DNA of 64,000 bases from Eledone cirrhosa (lineage: Eukaryota): NCBI GenBank assembly GCA_964016885.1, contig OZ024752.1, forward strand, positions 5,022,001 through 5,086,000. Direction: 5' to 3'. Under the pieces are notes generated by a model. That model saw only the letters and a list, made by a program, of their open reading frames with translations, was not told where the DNA came from and made no database searches. This document shows, in pieces, positions 53,411 to 64,000 of the stretch (positions are counted from its first letter, which is position 1; every line of letters starts with the position of its first letter). The translations under genes were made by a program, and so were the position numbers.

Positions 53411-54526
53411 ACTGCTTACCTTCCAACTGTCAGAGCCAGTGAAAATATATGATATTTTCTGAAATATACAGTGATATCTAGCACCACCACTACCACCAAC
53501 GCCACTACCACTACTTCGTTATTAACAACAACAACAGCAATGTCACCAACAGTTACAATCCCCTCCATAATCACTATAACCATTTTGTCTTTCATACTCC
53601 TGTTCTTTTTAAAATAAATATTAGTTATGTACTTGGGTTCATATAATTTTTGGACTGTATAAGAAATTGTGAAGGCACTTGGGTGAGTTAGACAATTGGA
53701 TTAGCAACCGTGAGGTTGTAAGCTCCACCACGCTCGTTAAGGTCTGGGATCTTGTCAATCTACTGTATAAAAAATGTTTGTCAACTTTGCATTATATCCT
53801 TTCGGAGTTGATAAAATAAAATACAAATTCAGTACTGGGTCGATTTAATCCACTTTCCACCCCGCAACCAACATTGCTGGCCTTGTACCTAAATTAGAAA
53901 CAGCTGTACTTCTGTCTACCTGAAGTTTTGTTGTATTAACTTTTGTCCATGTTGAATCGTGTTTCTATGAGAGTCGGCAGAAAAGTTCATAAACTGACTA
54001 TGAAGGAGTAATGCTAGAGCTGTGAAATCTTGAATGCACCGCTGAGGTTAACTTAGCCTTTCATCCATATGGGGTTGCGTGTTTTGTTCTTGAGCAAAAC
54101 ACTTCTTTCCACATTGCATCAGTATACTTGGCTGAAAATGAGTACCAACAATAGCTGGGGATTTAACCCTGCAATGGACTGGCCATGATACTGGCCAAAT
54201 GAGTCTTCTGGCTTAAGACAGACTTTTTAGAGTGATTTGTAGAGCATGTAGAGCATGTACTTTGGTGGGGAGGAGGTTTGTATTGTTATAATGATGGGTA
54301 GCAACTATATAGCAGGTGAGTTGTGTGAATTATTTGTGTTATAGTGTTGGGGTATTATGTTAGAATATGTGTGTTGTGTTTTATATATAATGTGTATGTG
54401 TATGAAGAGAGTGGGGTGATGAGAGTGATAATGAAAAATATATAAGAATGAGGAATATAAAATAACAACAGAGGGAAGTTTTAAATCAACACATAGTCAT
54501 ACGTACATATACACATGTGTATATAC

Positions 54527-54623
<97 letters not shown>

Positions 54624-54964
54624 ATCATTTCTGTCTAATTGTAATTGCTATATTATAGAGAAGAAAAAGAACTAAAGCCTTTAGCTATGATAATTATATA
54701 TAGCTAGCAATGTAGTGTTCAGTGTAGATTGTAGACACCAACAGTCTTATTGATGTACAGATATCACACTTCATTAGCAACAACCAACATATCAAAACAC
54801 AATTGTAATACTACATTTCTATGTATATATATATATGTGTGTGTATATATGTATATATATATATAAATATATATATGTGTGTATATATATGTGTGTGTGT
54901 GTGTATTTATGTATATATATGTATATTTATATATATATATACATATGTATATATATATATGTAC

Positions 54965-55128
54965 ATAAGGATAAGTTGTAGTGTGCAGGAGAGAAGACTG
55001 AGATGGTATGGACATGTGATGCGTATGGAGGATGACCGCTGGGTAAAGAAGTGCCAAGAAATGCCAGTAGAAGGAAGACACAGTAGAGGAAGACCACGAA
55101 AAACATGGGCGGAGGTGGTGAGAGCAGA
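54965..55128 (+). mobile_element. Short RTE LINE fragment
   Basis: [30 protein letters not shown]...[14 protein letters not shown]. Confidence 0.85.
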
Positions 55129-55270
55129 CTATATGTGTGTGTGTATATATGTATACATATATGTGTGTATACATATGTATATTTATATATGTACATATGT
55201 ATATATAGATATATGTGTATATATATATGTATATGTGTGTATATATATGTATATATATATATGTATATGT

Positions 55271-55315
<45 letters not shown>

Positions 55316-55797
55316 AACGTAAAAAAAACCATGAGTATACCACCAGTACATCAAACTAACCATAATATCTCCTCAGATACAGAATTCACGAAAAGTTGTA
55401 ACTGTAGAAACAAGGCAAACTGTCCATTAAAAGGAAATTGCCTTGTTAATAACATAGTATATAAATGTAAAGTTAACACTAAGGACTCTATTTATTCATA
55501 TATAGGAGCTACCTCTAACAATTTTAAGGTAAGATTTAATACCCACAAACATAGTTTTAAAAATGCCGCACTAGCTAATACAACATCTCTAGCTGAAATA
55601 ATTAATAGTTATAGAAAGAGGAATATAGAATATGACCTGACCTGGAGTGTGCTCAAAAGGGCCACCCCTTATCAAAATAGTAGAAATGAATGTAGATTAT
55701 GTTCCCAAGAACTTTTCGAAATAATGAAATCTAAGGATACCCTATTAAATAAGCGACAGGAATTAATAATATCGTGTAATCATAAACTGAGAAAAAC

Positions 55798-56697
55798 CTT
55801 TAAATATTATAAACCTAATTAATATACACTTTAGAAATTAATATATAAATTATTTTTAATTTAGTTAACCTATAATTAATATTCTACTACTGATGAACTA
55901 CATAATTCTGCTTTAAATATTATAAACCTAATTAATATACACTTTAGAAATTAATATATAAACTATTTTTAATTTAGTTAACCTATAATTAATATTCTAC
56001 TACTGATGAACTACATAATTCTGCTTTAAATATTATAAACCTAATTAATATACACTTTAGAAATTAATATATAAACTATTTTTAATTTAGTTAACCTATA
56101 ATTAATATTCTACTACTGATGAACTACATAATTCTGCTTTAAATATTATAAACCTAATTAATATACACTTTAGAAATTAATATATAAACTATTTTTAATT
56201 TAGTTAACCTATAATTAATATTCTACTACTGATGAACTACATAATTCTGCTTTAAATATTATAAACCTAATTAATATACACTTTAGAAATTAATATATAA
56301 ACTATTTTTAATTTAGTTAACCTATAATTAATATTCTACTACTGATGAACTACATAATTCTGCTTTAAATATTATAAACCTAATTAATATACACTTTAGA
56401 AATTAATATATAAATTATTTTTAATTTAGTTAACCTATAATTAATATTCTACTACTGATGAACTACATAATTCTGCTTTAAATATTATAAACCTAATTAA
56501 TATACACTTTAGAAATTAATATATAAATTATTTTTAATTTAGTTAACCTATAATTAATATTCTATACTGATGAACTACATAATTCTGCTTTAAATATTAT
56601 AAACCTAATTAATATACACTTTAGAAATTAATATATAAACTATTTTTAATTTAGTTAACCTATAATTAATATTCTACTACTGATGAACTACATAATT
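55798..56697. repeat. 113-bp AT-rich tandem repeat, 8 copies
   Basis: Unit starts at 55798, 55911, 56024...; includes the last codons and stop of the GIY-YIG ORF. Confidence 0.96.
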
Positions 56698-56905
56698 TGG
56701 CTTTCCTTCTTACAAATATCATTTGCTAAAACTGATACCATTAAGTAAACATATATAATGCTTTAACTTCAGGTTATGACTTGAAAACTATATATATTTA
56801 CTATTTCTCACTAATAAATTTAATCCCCCCCCCAATAATTATATGTATATATGAGTGTGTATGTGTGTGTATATATATGTGTATGTATGTATGTGTGTAT
56901 ATATG

Positions 56906-56940
<35 letters not shown>

Positions 56941-57745
56941 ATGTATATATATATATATGTATATGTGTGTGTGTGTATATATATGTACATATATATATAT
57001 ATATAAGTGTATATATGTGTGTATATATATATATATGTGTGTATGTGTATATATATGTATATATATATATATATAAGTATATATATATATAAGTATATAT
57101 ATATATATATATATATATTATTTTTATATTCTTTTAATCTCCCCTCATCTTTAACAGCACTTTTCAACTGCATCTAACTCTTATTTATCATATCTATATG
57201 TATTAGTATAATTTTATCAATATAAATATACCCATCAATTAAATTAATTTCATATTCTTTTCATAGATGTATTTTTTTCACTAACATTCTTATCTTAAAA
57301 CTTTGGTCACCTTAGATATTTGTATTGGCATTACTATTTTATAACAGCAACTGCTTGTATACCTTTTACTGACCACCTGACCTAGTTTCACCCCTAAAAT
57401 TACTACTATTTTACCATTTGGCCAATTATTAACTTTCTATTGGTTAATTCTAAACCTCTGACCAAACAGACAGAATATATTAGATCTTTGTTGGTTTTAT
57501 TCAATGAACAAATAAAATTATTTCTGAGGTCAGCATAAGACCTATTTCTTCCCTAAAATAATCCTTCATTCATAATATTCTTTTCCATCCAAAACTGAAA
57601 TCTACCTTCCTCTACCCATAATTTAAGGTTCTTCTACTACTATATTACTATCTTGACCCTCACTATCTCCTGATTGGTCAATTCAAAACCTGTTCCCAAA
57701 CAGACCTATTGTATTGAATCTTTGTTTTTATCAATAAACAAATAT

Positions 57746-57885
57746 CATTATTTCTGAAGACAGCATATATATGTGTAGGTATGTATATTCCCTCTGATAG
57801 TTTGTATAAATATTGTACATAGATCTATAGAATATGCATACCAACTCTAACACATATATATCCTAGAAACGATCGTAAAATGATG
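57746..57885 (+). ncRNA. Type I hammerhead motif with ~105-nt stem II
   Basis: CATTATTT-CTGAAGA-[...]-GAAA-CGATCG-TA-AAATGATG; 8-bp stem I; insert arms ATATATATGTGT/ACACATATATAT, GGTATGTATATTC/GAATATGCATACC, TGTATA/TGTACA; base of stem II mismatched. Confidence 0.72.
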
Positions 57886-58034
57886 AAATTTTTTTTAATA
57901 TAAGGAACTGTTTCTTTGTTTATTCATTATTTTATTAATTTATATATATACATATATATATATATATGTGTGTGTAAATATATAATTATAAAATAACAGG
58001 AAGCTGGACTGGTGTAATTCGTTAAAGATTTATT

Positions 58035-58092
58035 ATACTATGAACATTTCAATGACCGGGTTCAGTATGAATCCGGTGACATCATCAGGTAT
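58035..58092 (-). ncRNA. Type I hammerhead motif in another pLTR-like fragment (57980-58670)
   Basis: Minus strand: ATAC-CTGATGA-TGTC ACCGGATTCA TAC TGAACCCGGT CATT-GAAA-TGTTCA-TA-GTAT. Confidence 0.65.
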
Positions 58093-58693
58093 TCCGAAAT
58101 TTATCCAACAAAGGAATATAATAATAGACACAATCCAAGGGGCTGAAAAGCAGAGAGAAATGCCCAAGATGAGAAGGCGGCCAAAAATGAGCAGTTGCTA
58201 GTCTGGGTGGCTGCCTTCAAGTAAGGAATCTACTTAATCTTGTCTTGTTGGCCTGGTCCAGGGGGTCATACATTTATAGTGTATATTACTACTACTACCC
58301 CGTCGTGGACAGATGTTAGCGGTGAGATTAGGTTACATATAAGAAGTTAGTCAGAAGTGTTAAAAAGTACTAAGAAATATATTTAAAAATATATATACTG
58401 GACGGATGTACAATAGGTTTTTTAATGTAGAGTTAGAAATTACAATTAAATATTAGAAATGTAAAATTTATGTTTAGAATTAAAAGATATAATTTAAGAT
58501 GATAAGATTAAAGGTTAGAATAGTAAGATTTAGGTTTTAAATTGGGAGAATTTGCAGAAGGAAGCATTATGACAAAGGTTAAATGTATTATTGATAGTCA
58601 TAATAAAGTCTCAGGGTAGAATATAAAGTTAAGATTTAAAAAGTAAGATTAAGCCCAAATTTAAGATTATATGTGTGTGTGTGTGTATATATA

Positions 58694-58769
<76 letters not shown>

Positions 58770-58771
<2 letters not shown>

Positions 58772-59691
58772 AAATCATACATGGTTGTTTGTTCTGAGTT
58801 GCTGAAGTACAGTTCTTCATCGAATTTAGCCAAGCGTTCAGTGATATCATCTTTGAAATTAAGGATAATATCATTTGAATCTTTAATGCCCCAGCTAAGA
58901 TTTCTTAGTTTAGTCTTTAGTTTCTTCAGAACAGCATGATATAACCTGTTGGGTGGTAGGTTATTCAGTTCCTTGATGTTGTTGTACATTTGCTTAAGTT
59001 TGTCTGATTTAATGAGTTTTTTTATTCAGCCTTTGCTATTCTATCTATCTTGGCTAGTGAAATATCTCATGCCATCAAATATTTGAAGCGAGGAAAAAGC
59101 CCTGGACTGGACAACATATACTCAGAATTCATCAAAGCTGGAGGTGAACCAATTATCAAAGCACTTCAACATCTCTTTAACTGTATTATAAGTACAGGAA
59201 AAAAGCCGAGATATATTCAAGAAAGCATTAATAGTTGTACTCTACAAAAAAGGTAGCAGACTTAATTATGGGAACTATCGTTCTATCAGCTTACTGAGTT
59301 ACCTATGCATATCACCTTCATTCATTTCACAAAAGCTTTTGACAACGTGAAACTACCCAGCTTGTGGCAACTCTTAAACAAGACCTCAGTTAACCAAAAA
59401 TACATCAACCTATTGAAAGAAACTTACACCAACTTAATAGATATATCAAAACAGAATTGGGAACTACACGCTGTATAGACATATAGAAGGGAGTTAAGCA
59501 GTGGGATGTACTATCAGCACTTCTTCTGTATAGTTATAGCTGCACTTATTTACCAAACTGAAGAAGAATGCTCCTCTGGCTATCAAATAGGAGGTAAAAT
59601 CCTATCAAATCTTAGCTATACAGACGATCTGGCCATCATGAGTTACTCTAAAACTTATCTGCAACACTTTCTGAATGTACTGGCCAAACAT
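58770..59691. mobile_element. RTE-like LINE fragment with inverted 5' part (58770-59028 minus; 59030-59691 plus)
   Basis: Plus: EISHAIKYLKRGKSPGLDNIYSEFIK...NYRSISLLS...FTKAFDNV...GVKQWDVLS...LSYTDDL; minus: the EN-RT linker ...ITERLAKFDEELY. Confidence 0.82.
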
Positions 59692-59711
59692 TATATATAT
59701 GTATATATAAA

Positions 59712-59754
<43 letters not shown>

Positions 59755-59913
59755 AAAGGATTGTAAATAAAATTAGTAAATCAGACAAAGTTGGAATTCC
59801 TTTTATTAATATAATCTTCTATACACAATCATACACACCCGTGTATATTTACTTATATATCTATATATCTATATTCCTATTGTGTATATGCCAACATATC
59901 TGGAAAGCAACAA

Positions 59914-61222
59914 ATGAAACCAACAGAATCAGAAAGAATTCTAAAGGAGATATCATCAAAATTATCTACACTTATCATGATGACTGACACACAATCCTCT
60001 ATTTTAAAGGAAATAGAAAAACAATCTACAGATGGAAAACTTATAACTGAACATATAAACTCTGAAATTAAGAATTTAGCTGAAATTATACCAACAGTTA
60101 TCAAAGATACAAGAGAAAGCCTACCACAACCCCCCTGGATGTCAGAACTAAACGAAAGAAATTTGGAAAACGAAACACATCGAATAAGAAAAGAAATGTG
60201 GAAGACATGGAAAAAAAATTATTAACATAAGAAAACAAAACTTCTGGAAAGCATACAAATGTGAAAAATATGTCGAAACACATTCGAAATGGCATTCTCT
60301 AACAGCACCCATACTCCCTCGTAAATACCTAATTAAAGAAATTGCAGGAGAGCCAGAAGAAGAAACAAAACTCCTATGGGAACTTACATTGACAGAATTC
60401 AGGACTGACATCTCCATTACTCAATGTAAACAATCCCACTACAAAGCCAAATATGAAGCTATCGATGACCAAATTGAAGTCGAAATTTCAAAGCTAACGA
60501 CTGGTATTATAGCTGAAAAACTATGAGAACTATGGATCAGAGATATCTCAAAAGAAGAAAGCAAATCAAGAACGTTCTGGGAGCAGAAACAATTATTTCT
60601 CGACGAATATGCTGCAAATTACGGTAAAGACTCTGGAACTCTGAGAAAAAGCATTAAAAGTGGACAATCTCGCCAACACAAACACTCACCTTACCTTGAA
60701 TCAAAGAAGAACTACGTTAGGAACTCTTCGCTTTTTCTACAAAAACACCCTAATGCACACAACATGAATAAAAAGCACAAACACGATAGATATTCCTTTG
60801 ACCAGACCATGAGAAGTAGAAAATCCAGGAAATCATTCTCAAGATCTCAACAGAGACTACCCTCAAGGAACGGGGGAAAAAACCGTAGAATAACTAGATC
60901 ACTCTCAAGATCTCAACAGAGATTACCCACAAGAAACTGGGCAAAAAATCAATCTAAACCTGAAAGCAAACCTAGGTCATTTTCCCAGATTGTTAAAAAT
61001 AATGCTAACAAGAAATGCAAAAATAATATACATAATACCAAAAATAGGACAAAAATCATTACAAAACTAAGTATAATATCACGACCAAAAGTTCATCAAG
61101 CAAACACCAACAGGAATATAAATCCTGAACAAAGAAAAGTCCATTTTTTAATGTCAGGACAACAAAAACCGGAAAAAGAAAAGCTCCAGGAGGAAACATA
61201 CCCAAAACAATTGAACACGTAG
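59914..61222 (+). pseudogene. PLE ORF1 (~435 codons): helical/coiled-coil-like N-half, basic R/S/K/N-rich C-half
   Basis: Continuous frame once one extra A in the A8 run (60211-60218) and one TGA (~60524) are repaired. Confidence 0.72.
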
Positions 61223-63320
61223 ATCCTAAAATAATTAATTTATCCAAAAGAGATCTTGACAATGATGAAATGCAAATTCTGTCAAAAGGACTGAAATTCA
61301 CACCGACTCTAACAGTCAACCACCAAGAATTCTGACGTAAATTACGACTTGTAGAATTCTTTGCTGATAAAAGTAATGAGAGTGATGAATCACTAGTAAA
61401 GAATAAATCAAATTTCACTCCGCCAAAAGGAAGAAATATCTATCTCGACCAATACATTGATATCCTGTCTAAATTTCCTCTTAGACGTAATACTAATGTT
61501 AGGCCAAACATTAACAAATTGGAAATGTCTGCACTTAAACGTATACAAAATGATAAAACAATAATAATTAAACAAGCAGATAAAGGGGGTGTAATTGTTA
61601 TAATGGATGCTGAATACTACAAAGATTTGGTTGGGGAACAACTGAAAGACATAACATTCTACCATGAAATACTGTCAAATATAGACCACAACATCATGAA
61701 GAAGATCAACAACCTGGCTTCAAAATACTACAACTCACTTACTGATAATGAAAGAGACTACATCACCAATTTTGAGCCAAAACCCACCAACTTTTATGGC
61801 TTACCAAAAATTCATAACTCAAAAGAAATCCAACTGGCAGTAAAAGAACAAAAAAGTGAGTACATTAAATTACTACACCCAAAAGAATTAAAACTTAGAC
61901 CTATTATAGCTGGTCCAACATGCCCTACCCACCATCTAAGCAATTTTGTTGACATTATTTTGAAACCACTATGTATTCACATACCCAGTTTCATCCGGGA
62001 TGATATCGACTTCCTGTCCCATCTTCCCAAAACCACGGAAACGAATTCACTTCTACTTAGTTTTGATGTGGTAAGCCTTTACACCAATATTACACATGAT
62101 TTAGAAATAAAGGCGGTTAAATACTGGGTGGAAAAACATAGAGAAGTGATTCCCACCAGATTCACAGTGTCATTTATATTAGACGCAGTCAGACTTATTC
62201 TGGAAAACAACACATTCTTCTTCAATGGAAAGAATTACATCCAAATTAGAGGCACAGCGATGGGAACGAAGTTTGCTCCCATTTACGTGAACTCTGTAAT
62301 AGGATACTTAGAACAACAACTCTACGAAGAAATAGAGGAAAAATATAGTACTGAATTTAGAAAGTACATTGAAAAGTCTTGGAAGAGATACCTTGATGAC
62401 TGTTTCATCATCTGGATAGAATCTCTAGATACTCTGGATGAGTTCAATATCCTCCTGAATAACCTACACCCATCTCTCCAATTTACAAAAGAGATGAGTA
62501 GTACCAAATTACCATTCCTAGATATAATGGTAATCAAAAACGACACCACCATTACCGCGGATATATACTATAAACACACAGACGCCCATCAATATCTGAA
62601 TTTTAAGTCGTGCCATCCACCTCATACAAAACGCAACATCCCATACTGCCTAACCAGAAGAATTTGTACCATTGTAGAAGATACGAATACCAGGAACAAA
62701 CGCCTAACAGAACTGAGAGAATTTTTGCTCAAACAAAAATACCCATCTCTACTTATAGAAAATGGCATACAGCTGGCTATAAAAATACCTATACAAAAAC
62801 TTAGGACAACCCAAGGAAGAAGAAACCAAGAACTGGTCATACCATTTATAATGACACACAAACCATGTCACCAGAATATCTTCAATACGCCAAAGCAAAC
62901 CTACCGATCACTGCTCAAAGTAATGAATTAAAAGGTTTAATCACAGAGCGAGCTTTGATTCTTAGTAAAAGACAGCCGAAAAATTTGAAGCAATTACTAA
63001 CAAAGGCAAAGTTTGACCTTAACAACAAAGACCAGTCATTCACTGTATCTAAATGCAATGATAGTCGATGTGGCACATGTCAGTTCATACATACTGGTTA
63101 ATATATGAACACAAAAACTTGAAAAATATTCACAAATGCAAATATGAACTGCAAAAGCAGAAATCTAATTTACTGCATTAAATGCCCGAATTGTGAAGAA
63201 CTATATGTCAGTCAAACTGAAAATGCACTATCGGCACATGTACGGGTGCACTGACAGCAAATCAGAGACCCAAATGTCCGTCAGATACCCCTGAGTAACC
63301 ATCTAGCAACCCAAGCTAAA
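61144..63320 (+). pseudogene. PLE reverse transcriptase - GIY-YIG endonuclease ORF, inactivated
   Basis: IINLS...KGLKFTPT, IKQADKGG, FYGLPKIH, RPII, SFDVVSLYTNI, GTAMGT, RYLDDCF, LPFLD; then CNDSRCGTC and NLIYCIKC...YVSQT. Stop at 61333, frameshift near 62890, further stops in EN, C-terminus truncated. Confidence 0.93.
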
Positions 63321-63409
63321 TGAACAATAATAATGCTTAGGGGTATTACTTCTACTATGACTATGCCTACAACCATGTCAACCACTAACAACAACATTAA
63401 TAATAATAA

Positions 63410-63468
63410 AAGTGATGATTACTGAAGATTTTTTATAAAAACCCTAGAAAATGCTATTTTCATCATTT
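63410..63468 (+). ncRNA. Degenerate type I hammerhead motif
   Basis: AAGTGATGATTA-CTGAAGA-TTTTTTATAAAAACCCTA-GAAA-ATGC-TA-TTTTCATCATTT; stem II appears to have lost part of one arm. Confidence 0.45.
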
Positions 63469-63710
63469 CTAAAAATAGCAAAACAATTGATGCTTTGGAT
63501 AGGGTCAAATAGTTGATGTTAGACATGCTCAACCAACCATGACGCCTAAACCAATCAGCTTTAATAATCTAGTGAAACCACACACCAATTGGTCGAAATA
63601 CAGTTTGCCAAACTTAGCATTCTGTAGCCCCTTTTTACTGTATATAAGGCACAGATTTTAGCCATCTCATTACAGTTGAAAATTGCAAACTTGACTGTCA
63701 CCACTGAATA

Positions 63711-63749
63711 TGAACCTGAAGATTGTGAAAGCATGAAAGTACTTGTTCA
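63711..63749 (+). ncRNA. Minimal type I hammerhead in the PLE 3' terminal repeat region
   Basis: TGAAC-CTGAAGA-T TGT GAAA GCA T-GAAA-GTAC-TT-GTTCA; palindromic GTAC stem III. Confidence 0.78.
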
Positions 63750-63877
63750 ATTAACATTTAATATTCTACCATACTATTTCATTATAATATCCTTATCATT
63801 TTAAAGGATTGTAAATAAAACAAGTAAATCAGACAAAGTTGGAATTCCTTTTATTAATATATATATATATATATATA

Positions 63878-64000
63878 CAGGGTGTGGACAATATTTGTTC
63901 GCAAGATTACTGTCTAGGAAAAAATAACACAGTAGTTTTATTTTTTAAGATATATTTATCAAACTTGGGGCAGTTTGTCTTCATGACTTGTTCTTTCGAT
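63878..64000 (-). mobile_element. Second DD37D (maT) transposon copy, running off the window
   Basis: TA|CAGGGTGTGGACAATATTTGTTCGCAAGATTACTG... near-identical to 31537-31657. Confidence 0.9.

Larger units (their letters stand above)
55311..57945 (+). mobile_element. 5'-truncated Penelope-like element (probably Naiad clade): GIY-YIG domain + long 3' region
   Basis: 55311-55822 encodes [15 protein letters not shown] (CxC-x5-C-x5-C), NIVYKC...YIGAT...FKVRFNTH...CRLC..E...LLNKRQE...CNH; bounded by (TA)n; ends in a hammerhead motif. Clade call rests on a recalled linker zinc-finger pattern. Confidence 0.8.
59750..63861 (+). mobile_element. Near full-length Penelope-like element (Neptune-like; RT + Cys linker + GIY-YIG) with 64-bp terminal direct repeats
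   Basis: ATTTTAAAGGATTGTAAATAAA..AGTAAATCAGACAAAGTTGGAATTCCTTTTATTAATATA at 59750 and 63798; (TA)n on both flanks. Confidence 0.93.

Noticed and set aside
54821-55822. 333-aa ORF as an RTE/GIY-YIG fusion protein
   Set aside because: Chance read-through of stop-poor (TA)/(TG) microsatellites linking two unrelated element fragments.
55798-56697. Tandem hammerhead (retrozyme) array, since each unit has CTGATGA and a later GAAA-TTAA-TA
   Set aside because: No convincing stem I (CTACTA vs TATAAA) or stem II can be drawn around the core.
55311-56800. Selenoprotein-coding Naiad (UGA-Sec + SECIS)
   Set aside because: The surviving GIY-YIG fragment has ordinary Cys codons and no in-frame TGA, and I could not find a SECIS fold. 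TGAs in the other PLE look like decay (e.g. CGA to TGA).

Overview
This is AT-rich, repeat-saturated animal DNA, with (TA)n/(CA)n microsatellites, tRNA-derived CORE-type SINEs with RTE tails and Penelope-like elements. The repeat make-up suggests an octopod cephalopod (inference). The only convincing host coding sequence is two small + strand exons (2200-2250, 3367-3566) encoding the CC0/CC1 cytoplasmic region of a Roundabout (Robo)-like receptor; a candidate short terminal exon lies at 11513-11593. The rest is intronic or intergenic: two SINE families, RTE, R4/Dong-like and CR1-like LINE fragments, a DD37D (maT) transposon, piggyBac/mariner/pogo/hAT-type MITEs, a Helitron-like element and several minisatellites. 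Two signals stand out. (1) A near full-length GIY-YIG Penelope-like element (59750-63861) has an upstream ORF1 that overlaps the RT-EN frame in -1 exactly at a U_UUU_UUA slippery heptamer, a gag-pol-like layout. (2) The window holds about ten type I hammerhead ribozyme motifs, two of which carry unrelated ~100-nt hairpin insertions in stem II. Almost all ORFs in the supplied track are microsatellite or SINE artefacts. All structures and alignments were read by eye; none were computed.
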